This document shows positions 63,664 to 64,000 of a stretch of DNA of 64,000 nt, piece by piece. The notes under the pieces are model-generated. The model was not told the DNA's origin and did no database searches. It worked only from the letters and a program-made list of their open reading frames with translations. The stretch covers positions 19,356,262-19,420,261 of the forward strand of contig JARDVH010000130.1 in assembly GCA_030324005.1 (NCBI GenBank). Reading direction: 5' to 3'. Source of the DNA: Negaprion brevirostris. Taxonomy: Eukaryota. The position numbers and the translations under genes are program-made. The stretch's first letter is position 1. The number at the start of each line of letters is the position of its first letter.

Positions 63664-64000
63664 AAGAACATAAGAAATAGGAGCAGGAGTAGGCCATCTA
63701 GCCCTTCGAGCCTGCCCCGCCATTCAATAAGATCATNNNNNNNNNNNNNNNNNNNNNNNNNNNNNNNNNNNNNNNNNNNNNNNNNNNNNNNNNNNNNNNN
63801 NNNNNNNNNNNNNNNNNNNNNNNNNNNNNNNNNNNNTCTCCACCTCTATCCTATCCGTCCCATTCATCATCTTATACGTCTCAATGAGATCTCCCCTCAT
63901 TCTTCTAAACTCTGATGAGTACAAGCCTAGTTTAGTCAGCCTCTCCTCATAGCTCAACCCCCTCAACATCCGGTTCATTATCCCCATCCTGTTCATTATT
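63664..64000 (-). mobile_element. Young CR1 LINE 3' part, runs off the window
   Basis: Tail nearly identical to 52358-52430; minus strand LSYEERLTKLGLYS.EFRRMRGDLIETYK. Confidence 0.92.

Noticed and set aside
1-64000. CRISPR arrays, operons or other prokaryotic systems
   Set aside because: No regularly spaced repeats or gene-dense segments; the whole window is eukaryotic intron-like sequence.

Overview
This is AT-rich vertebrate genomic DNA, almost certainly from a shark or other elasmobranch, judging by the HE1-type V-SINEs, their CR1/HER1 partner LINEs, a SacSINE1-like DeuSINE and Penelope pLTR relics. The window appears to lie within two very large introns of a TBC1D22 Rab-GAP gene (A more likely than B). 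Only one coding exon is recognisable: 128 bp at 19790-19917 (+), missed by the ORF track. Most listed ORFs are spurious or are decayed transposon frames. The rest is a layered repeat landscape: CR1, L2, RTE and Rex1/Babar LINE fragments, several SINE families, Penelope-like elements with decayed hammerhead ribozyme cores, Harbinger-like MITEs, a pogo/Tigger transposase fossil and a 2.4 kb two-LTR element with a tRNA primer-binding site. The most striking unexplained structure is a ~280 bp palindrome at 57617-57898 with a 62/63-identical core. Family assignments come from motifs recognised by eye, not from database searches, and repeat boundaries are approximate.
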